From: Chiloscyllium plagiosum
Lineage: Eukaryota
NCBI RefSeq assembly: GCF_004010195.1
Contig: NC_057715.1
Coordinates: forward strand, 90,038,710-90,102,709
Direction of reading: 5' to 3'
Length of the DNA: 64,000 nucleotides
This document shows positions 24,617 through 37,902 of this stretch, piece by piece (position 1 is the stretch's first letter; each line of letters begins with the position of its first letter). The position numbers and the translations under genes were made by a program. Below the pieces are notes generated by a model. The model saw nothing but the letters and a program-made list of their open reading frames with translations. It searched no databases and was not told where the DNA came from.

Positions 24617-25949
24617 AGTGTTTTTAAAAAAAAAAATAGCTGGGCACTGCATCAGTTTCTTCCAAAATGTTGACCTGTTGGATGTACCCTGAACCAGTGG
24701 TGGGTCAAGGCTTGTAGATAAAATGGTTTCAAGATTTGAAAAGCTTGAGTGACTGGAGGTTGTGTGTTCAAGACTTGCATAACCATGTAATCTCCCACCA
24801 TATCAGCCAAAACTTTTATTTTCAGCCATTTGTTGTGATTTGACCAATTTTTTTTTTAGTGGTCTTGGTCACAAATTATTAGGATGCTTTTCAGGTACTA
24901 GACTTCCAACTTGTTTAATTTTGTGCCATTCAAGAAATCTTTCTCTGAAAGACAGCAAAATAGTCATGCCATCCTACTGCATCTTTCACAACTGCAGGCT
25001 ACCTGCAAAGAACTCTACAACCAAGAAAATGTTACTGTCATGTTTTCATTTTTGCTATTCAAATTACTTTGGGGGGTTACAACAGTTTTCTGACTTGGTA
25101 ATTATTGAGTGAGGGGGTCATAGAAATTGGACACTAATGATAACTGCCTTATGTGAAATGGTCTAAACTTTAACAGCCATTAATTGTCTCATCCAAAAGA
25201 GTACCCTGACTAAAGTGCTCTGGTTTGGAGAACACAACCTCTTATCCACCGCTTAGCAGCTGCTGCCACCACCACTCCCTAGGACTTCCCCACAATCCTC
25301 TTAGTTCTGCTTTGGAACAGAAGTTACTCAAGTCACTTATAACTAACTTCAGTACAAACACCCAGGTCAGTAAAACCCAGTGTTTTTAAAGTCCACTCAT
25401 CATGGTGGTGTAGCCTGCTCCAGGCTTTCCTCCACCTGCCTTTTTCAGTTTCATGAATTATTGACACTAATTGAGTGATAACTCTCTAGATACCCCTACT
25501 GTGAAGTTTGACCATCCTTGACAAGTGAATACTTGTCTTATTCAATCTTGTTCTACTTAACAACTTTCCAAACTATCAATTTTTCAGTGTTTTTTGGCAA
25601 TAATGAAAACCGAATAATACCTTTTTAGAGTAGTATCATCCAACTTTTTTTAACTACACTGGGCTTCAAGGTTCTACAATTGCATTTAGCATACTTTCCA
25701 ACATATTAGCACTATCACTAAGATCAACACATTGAAAACCATTATGCTTCCCTGACCATTGCAAAATGTGACTGTTTGTTTAAGCCATAGAATAAAGTAT
25801 TGGATGCTATCAAAGCTATAGGACTGCAGAAATAGAGAAAACACTACTATAGATAGTTATTCCTCAAATGACTGTACTTCCACTATTTAGAAGTAATGAG
25901 GAAAATCTAGAATATAAAACCAAAAATAGCTGAAGATATTTGAAGAATC

Positions 25950-26520
25950 ACAGTAAGAAGCTTAAGGATAGGTGGGGGTTTCCTCATTTCTTCTTCCCCA
26001 CACCACTAAAACATAGGTAGTTGAGGTAACCCTCTTTGTCAAGGCTTATAAAATCATGACCAGTACAGATATGATGAATGGTAGGCTTATTTTCCCTCCA
26101 GTGGAGGATTTTGGGACTAAGTGCCCTTTTTTTTTAAAAGGGGAGGAGAGATTTTTAGGGATGGGGATTAGTGGTTCTTGTATGGCATGAACTTCCTGAC
26201 AAATTGATGGAAGCAGGTATGGTTACAAAGATGTTTTCATAAGCATGAATAGAAAAGGTTTTGACCATTTACCACTCCTGAGGAAAAAGAACAGGAAATG
26301 ACATTAACCCAAGGAAACCTGAACATAAATATAGCACTGCTCATGTTTCCTGCTTTCTTTGCCTGGAGGCTCACTGAAGATGTTACCTAGTATAGTGACA
26401 AAACAGCTGAAAATGAACCTTCCAGCTCAGCAAGCAAACCTCTACCCAGGAAAGGTTGAGAGAATATGGGCTAAGTGCAGGCATGTGGGACTAGTTTAGT
26501 TTGAGCTCTAGACTTCACTG
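25950..26520 (+). mobile_element. Decayed CR1 3' fragment with inserted Penelope-like pLTR piece (~26290-26445)
   Basis: CR1 tail motifs; CTGAAGATGTTACCTAG...CCAGCTCAGCAAGC similar to 2990-3070. Confidence 0.6.
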
Positions 26521-27924
26521 TGCCTTTGGCCCAAAGAGCTGAATTCCAAGAGTATTACGTGGTTAAATGCTGTTTTACTTGAAAGGATAGTCAAAGTGTG
26601 GTGTTAGAGTCCAGCAAAATTAAAATCCATGTAATATTGGAAAATATTTCCACTTTTTGATAGTGTTACTATAATTAAATTCACCATTACAATATCCTGA
26701 ATGGGTTATATGTTTGCATTCTTACAAACACACATTCTGTTTGAACTTGGAGATGGGAAAAAAAAATGACTGGTATTTCATGGATGCCTCTTGTAAATGT
26801 GTAGTCTAAGCTAAATGTTCCCATGAGTTGGGGAAGATGTTACATTTTTGTCAGGAAGGCTTACCACCATCTGCAAGTTTCCCTTCCAAGCCACTCACCA
26901 TCTTGATATGGAAATACATTGCCATTCTCTCAGTAGTGCCAGGTCAAAATCCTAAATCCCCTCCTTAACTGCACTGGAGACGGATTGGGGCAGTCCAAAA
27001 GGGCAACATATCAATACCCTCTAAAGGACAATTAGGGATCACAAGTGTTGGCCTAGCCAATGGCACACACATTTTATGAGAATTAGAAATTTTTAAAAAA
27101 CTTCCCTGAAGATCTCTTGCAGTGATTTCTGGAGCTGCAGTGACTAACCACCAACTATTACATCATTTTCCAATGTGCCCAGTATGACTCCAACCAGCAC
27201 TCCTTGATGCGTAGTAACACCATGCTCAATTCTGAGGGGCGGCTGCTGGTCAGTCACTGAACAGATTGACAAGAGTTTGCTAATGTATCTTTAACAAAAA
27301 TATGAGTTTATTGGACAGTAAAGGAAAAAAAAAATCAACAGCGTACAAGAACTAGTTGAAACTGTCTCATTGCGAATCAGAAATAAAGATTTAAATCCAA
27401 AATAGCAACTTTAGTGAAAGTTTGCCCTATTTCCATTTTAAAGTTCCTGTTCAGTAGGAAAAGCTTTGCTTAGTTTCTTTCCACAAAATATCTATATTCA
27501 CTCAATGCTATTTTTTTTTTAATTTATGTCTCTTTGAGTCTTTTAAACAAACTGCTCACAATGGCTCACTTACTCGTTATCATGTGTTCCTAAAATTCAT
27601 GCATTCAACAGCCTTTTTAATAAGATGTTTTATTAACTGACATCTCAAAGTTTTCTGTTCCTGGAGCTTTTTGCTTATTAACCTCTAAATAACTCATTCT
27701 TATACCCTGACTGCTTTGGAGATTGCCTAACTGTACTGTCAAAATTACAGGCCTTTCTTTTCTGAATGATTTACTTCTCTCTCAGGAAGAAACTTGGCAC
27801 ATACACAACTTTTGGATGGTTCTCTTCCTCAAACAAAATTTGTAGCTACTCTGTCTCTGCGTCACATGACACCGTGCAACAGTCAAGTTTTTTTGCTTCT
27901 ACCTATGTTTTCTAAACTGAACTA

Positions 27925-28470
27925 AAAGAGTCACAGAATCATACAGCACAGAAAGAGGCCCTTCAATCCAACTGTAGTCCAGTTTAGGAAACCTGGTTGA
28001 CCAGATTTGCCTGTGTTTGGCCTATATCCCTCTAAACCTTTTCTATCCACATATTTCTCCAAATGTATTTTAGATGTTTTAATTGTACCCACCTCTACAA
28101 ATTCCTCTAGCAGCTCGTTCCATATTTGTATGAAAAGGTTGTCCCTTAGGTTCCTTTTTAAATTTTTTCCCTCTTACCTTAAACCTCTAGTTTTAGACAC
28201 CCCTACCCTGGGGAACAGACCTTGGCTATTCACCTTATGATTTTATAAATCTCTACAAGATTATACCATAGCCTCCACTGCTCCAAGGAAAATAGTCCCA
28301 ATCTATCCAACCCCTTCTTATAGCTCAAACCTTCCAGACATGATCTCCTGTAACAAAACCGTTCTGGCTGTTCATGATGAATCTCTGCATCGCCAAATGC
28401 AGACTAATTCTGACCTTTGGAATTATTTCCCATAGTTTCCCCACTACTGAAGCTAGGCTGACTGGCTGGT
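27925..28470 (-). mobile_element. CR1 LINE fragments
   Basis: Reverse complement of the CR1 3' end and RT pieces. Confidence 0.75.
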
Positions 28471-29989
28471 CTGTAGTTTCCTGAACATTTTCACCCTAAC
28501 ATGGTGTGGTTTGAGAAGCTTTTCTGTCTCTCTGCAATCCCAGCATTGTTCTGGGGCATAAGAAGCTTGAAAATTCCCTTCAAATAGTGGAGAGGGAATG
28601 AAGCTTTTTGAAGCACTGCATTCCCCATTTGATGGAGGCTATAGGTGTCTGAGATGTAAACCTTCATTAGTTTCTGCAGTTACACAGCCATTTGTTTCCA
28701 AAATGTTCAGGTCTTTTGTTAGAATATGCATACCATTGTGCACATAACTTCATGATATGTTGAGATATGACATTTGTTTTTATCTTTTAAAATATTATTG
28801 ATCCAGTTCAATTAAAATTTACAAATATGAAATACAAAAAGAAAACTCAGGTCTGACTGACCTTGTTAAACACTTCGAAGGAGGCATCCAAGATGGCGGC
28901 AACCCAGCAAGTCTGAGTCTACAGTGCTCCTCCCAAGACTTGGGCAAAGTGGGTCACCCGTCCCCACCATACTCACCAAATCATTTAAAATAGTTTACTT
29001 AATGTAATTAGTTGTTTAGTATTGAATTTAAACAATTTAATCTCCGGTAAAAATGACTAAAAGGAAGGGAGCCCGCAGCTCTTAGCAAGCAGGAACCCCT
29101 CCCCCACCCTTTCCTGTTGCAGAGGAGGCGTCCGCAGCTGCCCCGGGGGACTTACCTACGGTGGCGAGCCTTGTGGAAATAATGTCCAAACTCGTTGAGA
29201 AGATAGACGCTTTCATTGAAGAATCCCGAAGCTGATGGGACTCACTCTCGGCTGCGCTGCAAAAGCACGACCGCGACATCAAGGAAATTGAGCGCCGAGT
29301 TGGAGGGGCAAAGCTAAAGGCCACGACCTCCGAAACTACAGCACAATCGAGAATCGATGTCGTCGAAAAAATATTCGTTTGCTGGGCCTTCCCGAACAGG
29401 AAGAGGAAGGCCAGCTTACAAGGTTCCTTGAACAGTGGCTTCCACAGCTGTTAAATCTGGAGGCTGGATCAGGCCAGGTAAGGATGGAAAGGGCCTACCG
29501 GGTTGCCATATGCGGGCCCTGCTCGAACCAGTGCCCCCGCCCGGTCCTGTTCCAGCTGCAAAGCTGCAAGGAGAGGCAAATACTCTTAGAAGCCTCCAGA
29601 AATCTTGGAAAAGATCCCCAAGACATGACCTATAAAGGATACAAGATCATGTTATTCCAGGACGTTTCCCCAGCTCTGGTCCGAAAAAGGAAGGCGTTTG
29701 ATGAGACGAAGAAATGTTTAAGGGACTTAAATATTCAATACTCCTTGCGCTACCCAGCGACGCTATGCTTTAACCATGAAGGGTCCATGTATAACTTCAG
29801 ATCGCCGGAAAAGGCCAAGGAAGTTTTGGACTCTCTTAGATAAATTGTAAGAATTATTGATGTTGGTTTGCTTTCCCCCCACTCCGGTTTACATCCCCTT
29901 TTTTTTACATATTAATCCATTTTTTTAACCTTACTGTTTGATATTATCTTGGGGGGTGAGGAAAGGGATTTATTTATTTTTTTCTCTAC

Positions 29990-30295
29990 CGTGGGTGGCA
30001 CGGTGGCACAGTGGTTAGCACTGCTGCCTCAGCGCCAGAGACCCGGGTTCAGTTCCTGCCTCAGGCGACTCTGTGTGGAGTTTGCACATTCTCCCCGTGT
30101 CTGCGTGGGTTTCCTCCGGGTGCTCCGGTTTCCTCCCACAGTCCAAAAATGTGCAGGTTAGGCGAATTGGCCATGCTAAATTGCCCGTAGTGCTAGGTAA
30201 GGGGCAAATGTATGGGTGGGTTGCGCTTCGGCAGGTCGGTGTGGACTTGTTGGGCTGAAGGGCCTGTTTCCACACTGTAAAGTAATCTAATCTTA
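29990..30295 (+). mobile_element. HE1-like SINE nested in the L1 inter-ORF spacer
   Basis: GGCACGGTGGCACAGTGGTTAGCACTGC head, GGTTCAGTTCC B box, (CTAAT)n tail. Confidence 0.9.
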
Positions 30296-31476
30296 ACAAT
30301 TTTCTTCCCCCTTTTTTATAATTCTATATATACATAGGCCGGGGGATATAGTTAATGTTGGTGGGGGGAGGTGGTTACCTTATCCTATTTTATCTCTGTC
30401 TCTAGGAGCAGGGTTGTTTTCCCTTGTTATTTTGTATTATTATATTTAATTATTACTTGTTGAGGCTGTAATTTTATAGTTACATATGTTTATACATGGT
30501 ATTAACATTGCCAAATATATCCAGGTGTTCACTGTTAACTCTAGCTCTGTAGTATATTTGAATTTTCTTCATCCTATTGAGGAGCGCCTGGGTCAAGGGT
30601 GGGGCACTGGTTGGAAGAGGATACGATGGACTTTTGGAAAGGAAGTGATACCCCCCCGAGAACAAGGGGGAAAATCTCCAATTAAATAAGTTTTATATTT
30701 TTTAAATTTAGAAATAGTTTTTTATTATACCGTTGTGAGTGTATAAGAGAACCTTTATTTTTGTGAATTTTATATGCTTTATGCTTGGGATGTTCTGGAT
30801 AGGGTTTCCCCTCCCAAGGGGTCTCAGATTTACCCAGACGATTATGGTTGATCAGTTGGTTAAGTGGTGCACCTGGAATGTCAAGGGGAGTAATTCACCA
30901 GTCAAAAGGAAGAAAATATTATCAAACCTCAAGAAAGAAAGGGTTGATACAGGAGACACACTTATTGGATAAAGAACACTTGAAATTACGACATGGTGGA
31001 TTTGATCAGGCCTTTTTTCTTCTTTTAGCTCAAAAAGCAGGGGAATTGTTATTCTTATTCGGAAGAATTTCCCTTTCAAAATCCTAAATCAGATAAAAGA
31101 TAAATCTGGAAGATGTATTCTGATTAAAGCCCTTATAAATGGAGAGGAATATGGGATTTTAAATTTGTACTGCCCCCCGGCACATCCTTTTAAATTTATA
31201 ACGGAAGCCTTCTCAAAATTGATGGCTCTCGGTGCTCGTCATACAATTATAGGGGGAGATTTTAATTGTATTATGGATCCGGAAATAGATAGGGTTCCCA
31301 AGAGAACTGCAGGGGTATCTCCCAGACCTAGACAATTGGTGGATTTGAACAAAATTAGGACTAGTAGATGTATGGAGATGCCTTCATCCACAGGGCAGAG
31401 ATTTTTCTTTATACTCTTATCCACATAAATGTCATACCAGAATCGATATGTTTTTTGCCCCCTCGATTTTTTTAAA

Positions 31477-32125
31477 NNNNNNNNNNNNNNNNNNNNNNNN
31501 NNNNNNNNNNNNNNNNNNNNNNNNNNNNNNNNNNNNNNNNNNNNNNNNNNNNNNNNNNNNNNNNNNNNNNNNNNNNNNNNNNNNNNNNNNNNNNNNNNNN
31601 NNNNNNNNNNNNNNNNNNNNNNNNNNNNNNNNNNNNNNNNNNNNNNNNNNNNNNNNNNNNNNNNNNNNNNNNNNNNNNNNNNNNNNNNNNNNNNNNNNNN
31701 NNNNNNNNNNNNNNNNNNNNNNNNNNNNNNNNNNNNNNNNNNNNNNNNNNNNNNNNNNNNNNNNNNNNNNNNNNNNNNNNNNNNNNNNNNNNNNNNNNNN
31801 NNNNNNNNNNNNNNNNNNNNNNNNNNNNNNNNNNNNNNNNNNNNNNNNNNNNNNNNNNNNNNNNNNNNNNNNNNNNNNNNNNNNNNNNNNNNNNNNNNNN
31901 NNNNNNNNNNNNNNNNNNNNNNNNNNNNNNNNNNNNNNNNNNNNNNNNNNNNNNNNNNNNNNNNNNNNNNNNNNNNNNNNNNNNNNNNNNNNNNNNNNNN
32001 NNNNNNNNNNNNNNNNNNNNNNNNNNNNNNNNNNNNNNNNNNNNNNNNNNNNNNNNNNNNNNNNNNNNNNNNNNNNNNNNNNNNNNNNNNNNNNNNNNNN
32101 NNNNNNNNNNNNNNNNNNNNNNNNN
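31477..32125. other. Assembly gap (649 N) within L1 ORF2
   Basis: Run of N. Confidence 0.99.
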
Positions 32126-35100
32126 TAGATACTTAGCATTTCTTGCAAAGAAAAAGAAGGCCCCTCAAACTATCACGTCTATCAAGGAAAGTACGGGTAT
32201 TTTGACTCATGATCATAAAAGGATTAACGCAATCTTTAGAAAATTTTATTCTGATTTATATAAATTGCAGGATTGTGAAGACAGGACTAGGAGAATGCAA
32301 TCATTTTTTAAAAACCTGACCTTTCCGGACCTAACTCCGGAACAGGTATTGGTCTTGAATGTTCCCCTAACAATCCAAGAAATACTTGACGCAATCAGGC
32401 AACTTCAGAGCGGTAAGGCACCGGGCCCAGATGGCTTTCAAGCTGAATTCTATAAAGAATTTACAGGAATATTGGCTGGTCCACTTATGGACATGTATAA
32501 CTATTCATACAGTCAGGGCTGTCTCCCGCCTTCGCTGAAAGAGGTGAATATCTCTCTTATCCTTAAAAAAGGAAAGGACCCAGAAGATTGCGCGTCATAC
32601 AGACCAGTATCCTTGCTAAATGTAGATTTTTAAATCCTCTCTAAAACGTTAACATTGAGGCTAGAAAGGGTATTGCCACATATTATAAAGGAGGATCAGA
32701 TGGGATTTATTAAGGGCCGTAGATCATCCAATAATGTCAGAAGGGTTTTAAATGTGATTCAAGCCTGCCATCAGGGAAAGATACCAGGAGTAGTAGTCTC
32801 ATTAGACGTGGAAAAGGCATTCAACAGGGTTGAATGGTCAAATTTGTTTTATACATTGGAAAGGTTTGGCATTGGAAAGATGTTTACCAAATGGGTCTCA
32901 ACATTACATAGTAATCCCAAGGCAGTTGTGATTACCAATGGATTAGGCTCGGATAGCTTCAGTGTGGATAGGGGCTGCCGTCAGGGATGTCCTCTCTCGC
33001 CATTGCTATTTACGGTAATAATTGAACCACTAGCAGAAGCTATATGGGCTGACCCTAATATAATGGCCCCGAGGATTCATACAGGTAAACATAAAATTAC
33101 CCTTTATGCAGATGATGTTCTTCTATTCCTCAGTAATCCTCTGATGTCTGTGCCTCGCTTAATCCAAGTTATTAATACATTTAGTGTATTTTCAGGCTAC
33201 AAAATTAATTTCTCAAAATCGGAGGCTATGCCAATGGGTGGCCTTGCTAGTATATCCCACTTTCCCTTTCGGTGGTCCCTGGAGGGTTTCTAATATTTAA
33301 GCATTTTTATTACCATAGTATTTGGTCAGTTATACAAGGCTAACTTTGTGCATTTACTGGAAAGGATAAGGCAGGACCTCAGTGATGGGGAGACCTTCCA
33401 ATTTCCTGGCGAGGTAGAATAGCATTAATTAAAATGAATGTCCTGCCCCATCTTCTATACCTATGAATATGATTCCGGCGATGCTGCCGAGGCTAGCACT
33501 ACGTAAATGATATGGCTGGTTGGGTTCCTTTATCTGGAATCATAGACGGCCCCTCATTAAGCTGAAGAAGCTACAGCTTCCATAGGCAAAGGGAGGATTG
33601 GATTTCCCAGATTTTAGGAAATATTAGTTAAGTTCCCTATTAAGTTACATAGCCGATTGGGTCTTGCCTGACCCGCAATCAGTCTGGCTGGACATCGAGG
33701 CTTCTCAAGTAAAATGCCCACTTATTAACCTTTTATTTTCAGACAAGAGGAAAATCATTACGGACCACTGTAAAAACCCTATCATAGTAAACACAATTAA
33801 AGTTTGGAATATAATGCGGCAAAATGAGGGCAACTCACATAAAACATTTCCCTATGCTCCGATTTCAACCGGGGTTTACAGATGCCACTTTCAAACTCTG
33901 GAGGTCCAGGGGTATCTCATGTTTAGGGGATCTGTTTAAAGAAGGGGTCTTGATGTCTTTTGAACAGCTGCATCAGAAATTTGGATTACCTAATGGAGAC
34001 ATCTTTCGATACTTCCAAATTCGAGATTACATACAGAAGAAGACTACGTTATACGATAGTCTTTATAAATCCGATAGAGAAGGTAGAGTGCTATGGCCAA
34101 TGGGGGTATCTTCCGTCAGTACTATTTATCATTTATTAAATGGTGAGGTATCGGGAGATATGGACAATCTGCTTAAAACATGGGATCAGGATTTGGGACT
34201 AGAAATCTATATAGAAACGTGGAATGATACTTGGGAAAACACCAGAAGAATCATTATCTGCAACAGAACTCAGGCTATTCAGCTGAAGGTACTTCATGGG
34301 GCCCATATAGCACCGGATCGATTGGCAAAATTTAAAGCAGGAGCATCTCCAATGTGTCCCAAATGTAAAATAGAGGTGGGCACTCTTGTACATTGCTTAT
34401 GGACCTGTCATAAGATCCGTAGATATTGGACTAAAGTAGCAAGTGCTCTGACAGAAATCTTAGGAACGGAAATTAGAGTGGACCCTGTATCTCTCCTGTT
34501 GGGCTTTTCGAACTTACCCTCCATGAATATGCACTAGAAGAGATTATTTTCTATTCTCTCTTTCTGTGCAAGGAAAATATTTTGGTAAACTGGGTAGCTG
34601 AGGGCCCCCCTGGACTTTCAAATTGGCACAGATTAATTATAGAATGTATTCCCCTTGACTTCCTTACAAATATGGTGCACCAAAAGACCGCCTTATTCCA
34701 TAAAATATGGTAGCCCTTCTTGAATTATATAAATACGGATATTTCGGCCATCCTAACAAGGGCTTTTATTTAACTGAGATGGCGACCCTGGCTGGTCTTG
34801 GGCCCCTTGGGAGTGGAATCCCGCACGAATACGGGTTTTGTTACATTTGATGTTAATACATTCCGAGCATGTATCTCACTACCCAATTTCTGTGTTATCC
34901 ATTGTTTTTTTTCTCTTATTTGAATAATGTAAGAGACTTAATTATACACTCTGGTTAGTTGTAGGTTAGATTAGTTGAGTTTTGTTTTTTCTTCTCTCGG
35001 AATTTTTCTTTTGTTAAGTTTTGATTATTATTTAAGATTTAATTGTATATCAATGTTTATACTTGGGGTTTTTTAATTTTGTAAACTTGTTGGTTAGTTG

Positions 35101-36474
35101 TAGGTTAGATTAGTAGTTAGTTGAGTTTTGTTTTTTCTTCTCTCGGAATTTTTCTTTTGTAAAGTTTTGATTATTATTTAAGATTTAATTGTATATCAAT
35201 GTTTATACTTGGGGTTTTTTAATTTTGTAAACTTGTAAAAATATGTTAAATTTTCAATAAAAATATCTATAAAAAAACACTTCGAAGAAGTAACAAAGAC
35301 TAGACACAGGTAATGTAGTAGATATATTACACTTGGATTTTCCTAAAGCCTTTGATAGGGCATCACACAGTGGACTGAGGACAAAATCGATAAATGCAAA
35401 TGGGCAGCAAGTTGACTACAAAACAGAAAATATAGATTTGATGTTAAATATAGTTACTCACATTGATAGAAAGTAGGAAGCGACATGCTACAGTGATCTA
35501 TCTTGGGACCACTGCTTTTTGTCAGTTGTATAAATTATTTAGACTTAGGAGTCACAAGTACAATTTAAAATATTGATAAAGTTGTGACAAAATGTGAAAT
35601 GTAAACTCACAGAATAGCATGTCAATGGTAAATTCATGTAAATATTCCTAAGTCTGAGGTGGTGTATCATGGCAGAAGGAATAATGAGGTCATATATTCC
35701 CAAGAAAATAAAAGTCAAATCATAAACTGCATCAATGCAAGGCCAGTATTTAAGGTCATTGGACATTAGATTACAATAAGATTTGTCAAGAAATATTATA
35801 AGATTGAAACTGAAGAAATAAATGGAAATAGAGAGATTCTACACAGATTTTGCAGTGTTAATAAGAGTAATATTACCCAACATAATTCCTGAAGTCTTGC
35901 CATAATTTTACAATCTACTGACCATAAATGACTATTTCTTTTATCTGAGTTGTTATTTGATTAACATACATTACTGTAAGAATAGTTTTGCCAGTTTCCA
36001 GATGAAATCAACTTCTACATAAGATGCATGCAATCTATTGCTTGTATTTTGTGTTTTTTTGTTTCAGTGTAATTACAGCAAGTTACTACAATATGAGGCA
36101 GTTTATAATTCTAACAAAATTCATTGTAGTTAAGTGTGCAAGAATATATAGTAGCAAATTCTCAAATGTTCCAGTACAAATCGTATAAAAGGAGATTACA
36201 GTGCCATTTTAATAAAATAATTGAATGATACAGTCCAAGGAGAGACCAATCTGCTCACCATGCCATGGCTGGCTCGTTGAAACAATCATCCAATTAGTCC
36301 TATTTGTCAGCCTGTTCCCTACAGCTGCCATTTTTTCCCCTGTCCATTGTTTATTCAAAATTATTATTGAATCAGCTTCCACTACCCTTGCTACCTTGAC
36401 TTTAGGGGTTATGAGAAGAGATTATACAAATTTGGCCTGCTTTCTCCAGAATTTAAAGCATTATTGGGTGATGT

Positions 36475-36775
36475 GATTAGATTAGATTACAGTGTGGAAA
36501 CAGGCCCTTCGGCTCAACAAGTCCACACCGACCCGCCAAAGCGCAATCCACCCATACCCCTAACCGAACACTACGGGCAATTTAGCATGGTTAATTCACC
36601 TGACCTGCACATCTTTGGACTGTGGGAGGAAACCGGAGCACCTGGAGAAAACCCACGCAGACACGGGGAGAACGTGCAAACTCTACATAGTCAGTCACCT
36701 GAGGCAGGAATTGAACCCAGGTCTCTGGCGCTGTGAGGCAGCAGTGCTAACCACTGTGCCACTGTGCCGCCCACA
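36475..36775 (-). mobile_element. HE1-like SINE inserted in an old CR1-type fragment (~36400-37110)
   Basis: (ATTAG)n tail and family core. Confidence 0.9.
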
Positions 36776-37446
36776 AATGTGATTGAAGTCTTTAAAATAT
36801 TAACAGGAAAATACAGGGTAGATAAAGATAAATTATTTCTATTGGTTGGGGATTCTAGAACTAGGGGTCATAGTCTGAGAATTAGGAAATATTCCTGCAC
36901 ACAAATGATTGTAGATGTTTGGAAGTCTCTTCCAAACCGATACAGGATGCTGGATCAGTTTTAAATCTGAGATAGATTTTTTTTGTTAAATAAAGGAATT
37001 CAAGGACATGGGTCAAAGGCCCATAAATGAAGGTAGGCCAAAGATCACCAATCAACTCATTGAATGTTAGAACAGGTTCAGGGGACTGAATGGCCTGCTA
37101 CTGTTTCTATGTTCCTTGCAGTTTACAACACAGCATTGTATTATACACAATTCAGTGGTTTAACTCATACAGGAAAGTAATGCCACATGCACTGATTTTG
37201 TTTGTGCTTGACACAATGTGAAAAATATTCCCCACTTATTTCATCCCACAAAAGGGACAAATCCACCGTGAAGTGAATTATATTTTCTTCCTGACTAAAC
37301 CAGAAAATCACTCTTTAAATCAACATAAACACAAAGAAGCAATATTTTGAAGTACACATTTGTGCTAGATTTGTTTCTAACCTGACAATGTTTTAAGATT
37401 AAAATATATTCCAAAAAGTATAATTTTTTAAGCAATTATAAACATC

Positions 37447-37750
37447 GGGCTGCACAGTGGTTAGCACTGCTGCCTCACAGCACCAGGATCCCAGGTTCGA
37501 TTCTAGCCTTGGGCAACGGTCTGTGTGGAGTTTGCACATTCTCCCTGTGTCTGTGTGGGTTTCCTCTGGGTGCTCCGGTTTCCCCCCCACAGTCCAAAGA
37601 TGTGCAGGTCAGGTGAATTGGCCATGCTAAATTGCCCATAGTGTTAGGTGCATTAGTCAGAGGGAAATGGGACTGGGTGGGTTACTCTTCAGAGGGTCGG
37701 TGCAAACTTGTTGGGCTGAAGGGCTTGTTTCCACACTGTAGGGAATCTAA
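37447..37750 (+). mobile_element. HE1-like SINE
   Basis: Family core and head. Confidence 0.9.
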
Positions 37751-37902
37751 TAAGGCCAATTGATTGATAAATTCATTTTTGTCTATGTTCCACATTATTT
37801 CTGAGTCAGAATAATTTTTAAAATTGCACAAAACAGAATAATTTGGGGTAACTTTTTTTTATTTTGAACTTTGGAATTAATACTTCTCTTCATTGTTCTT
37901 AC

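Larger units (their letters stand above)
28881..35274 (+). mobile_element. Full-length, mutated L1-clade LINE (ORF1 ~29053-29843; ORF2 APE-RT ~30844-34772; 3' UTR with AATAAA and A tail)
   Basis: 13-bp TSD AAACACTTCGAAG (28868-28880, 35275-35287); ORF1 motifs (LLGLPE, YPATL); APE motifs WNVKG, LIQETHL, GGDFN; RT motifs KAPGPDGF, YRPVSLLN, GCRQGCPLSPLLF, YADD; C-terminal CPKC..HCLWTC; multiple stops/frameshifts. Confidence 0.95.

Noticed and set aside
29990-30065. tRNA gene
   Set aside because: tRNA-derived head of an HE1-like SINE, repeated several times in the window
31429-32148. Three long ORFs of 226-238 aa
   Set aside because: Artefacts of the N gap
32202-34537. Active L1 ORF2
   Set aside because: Multiple in-frame stops and frameshifts
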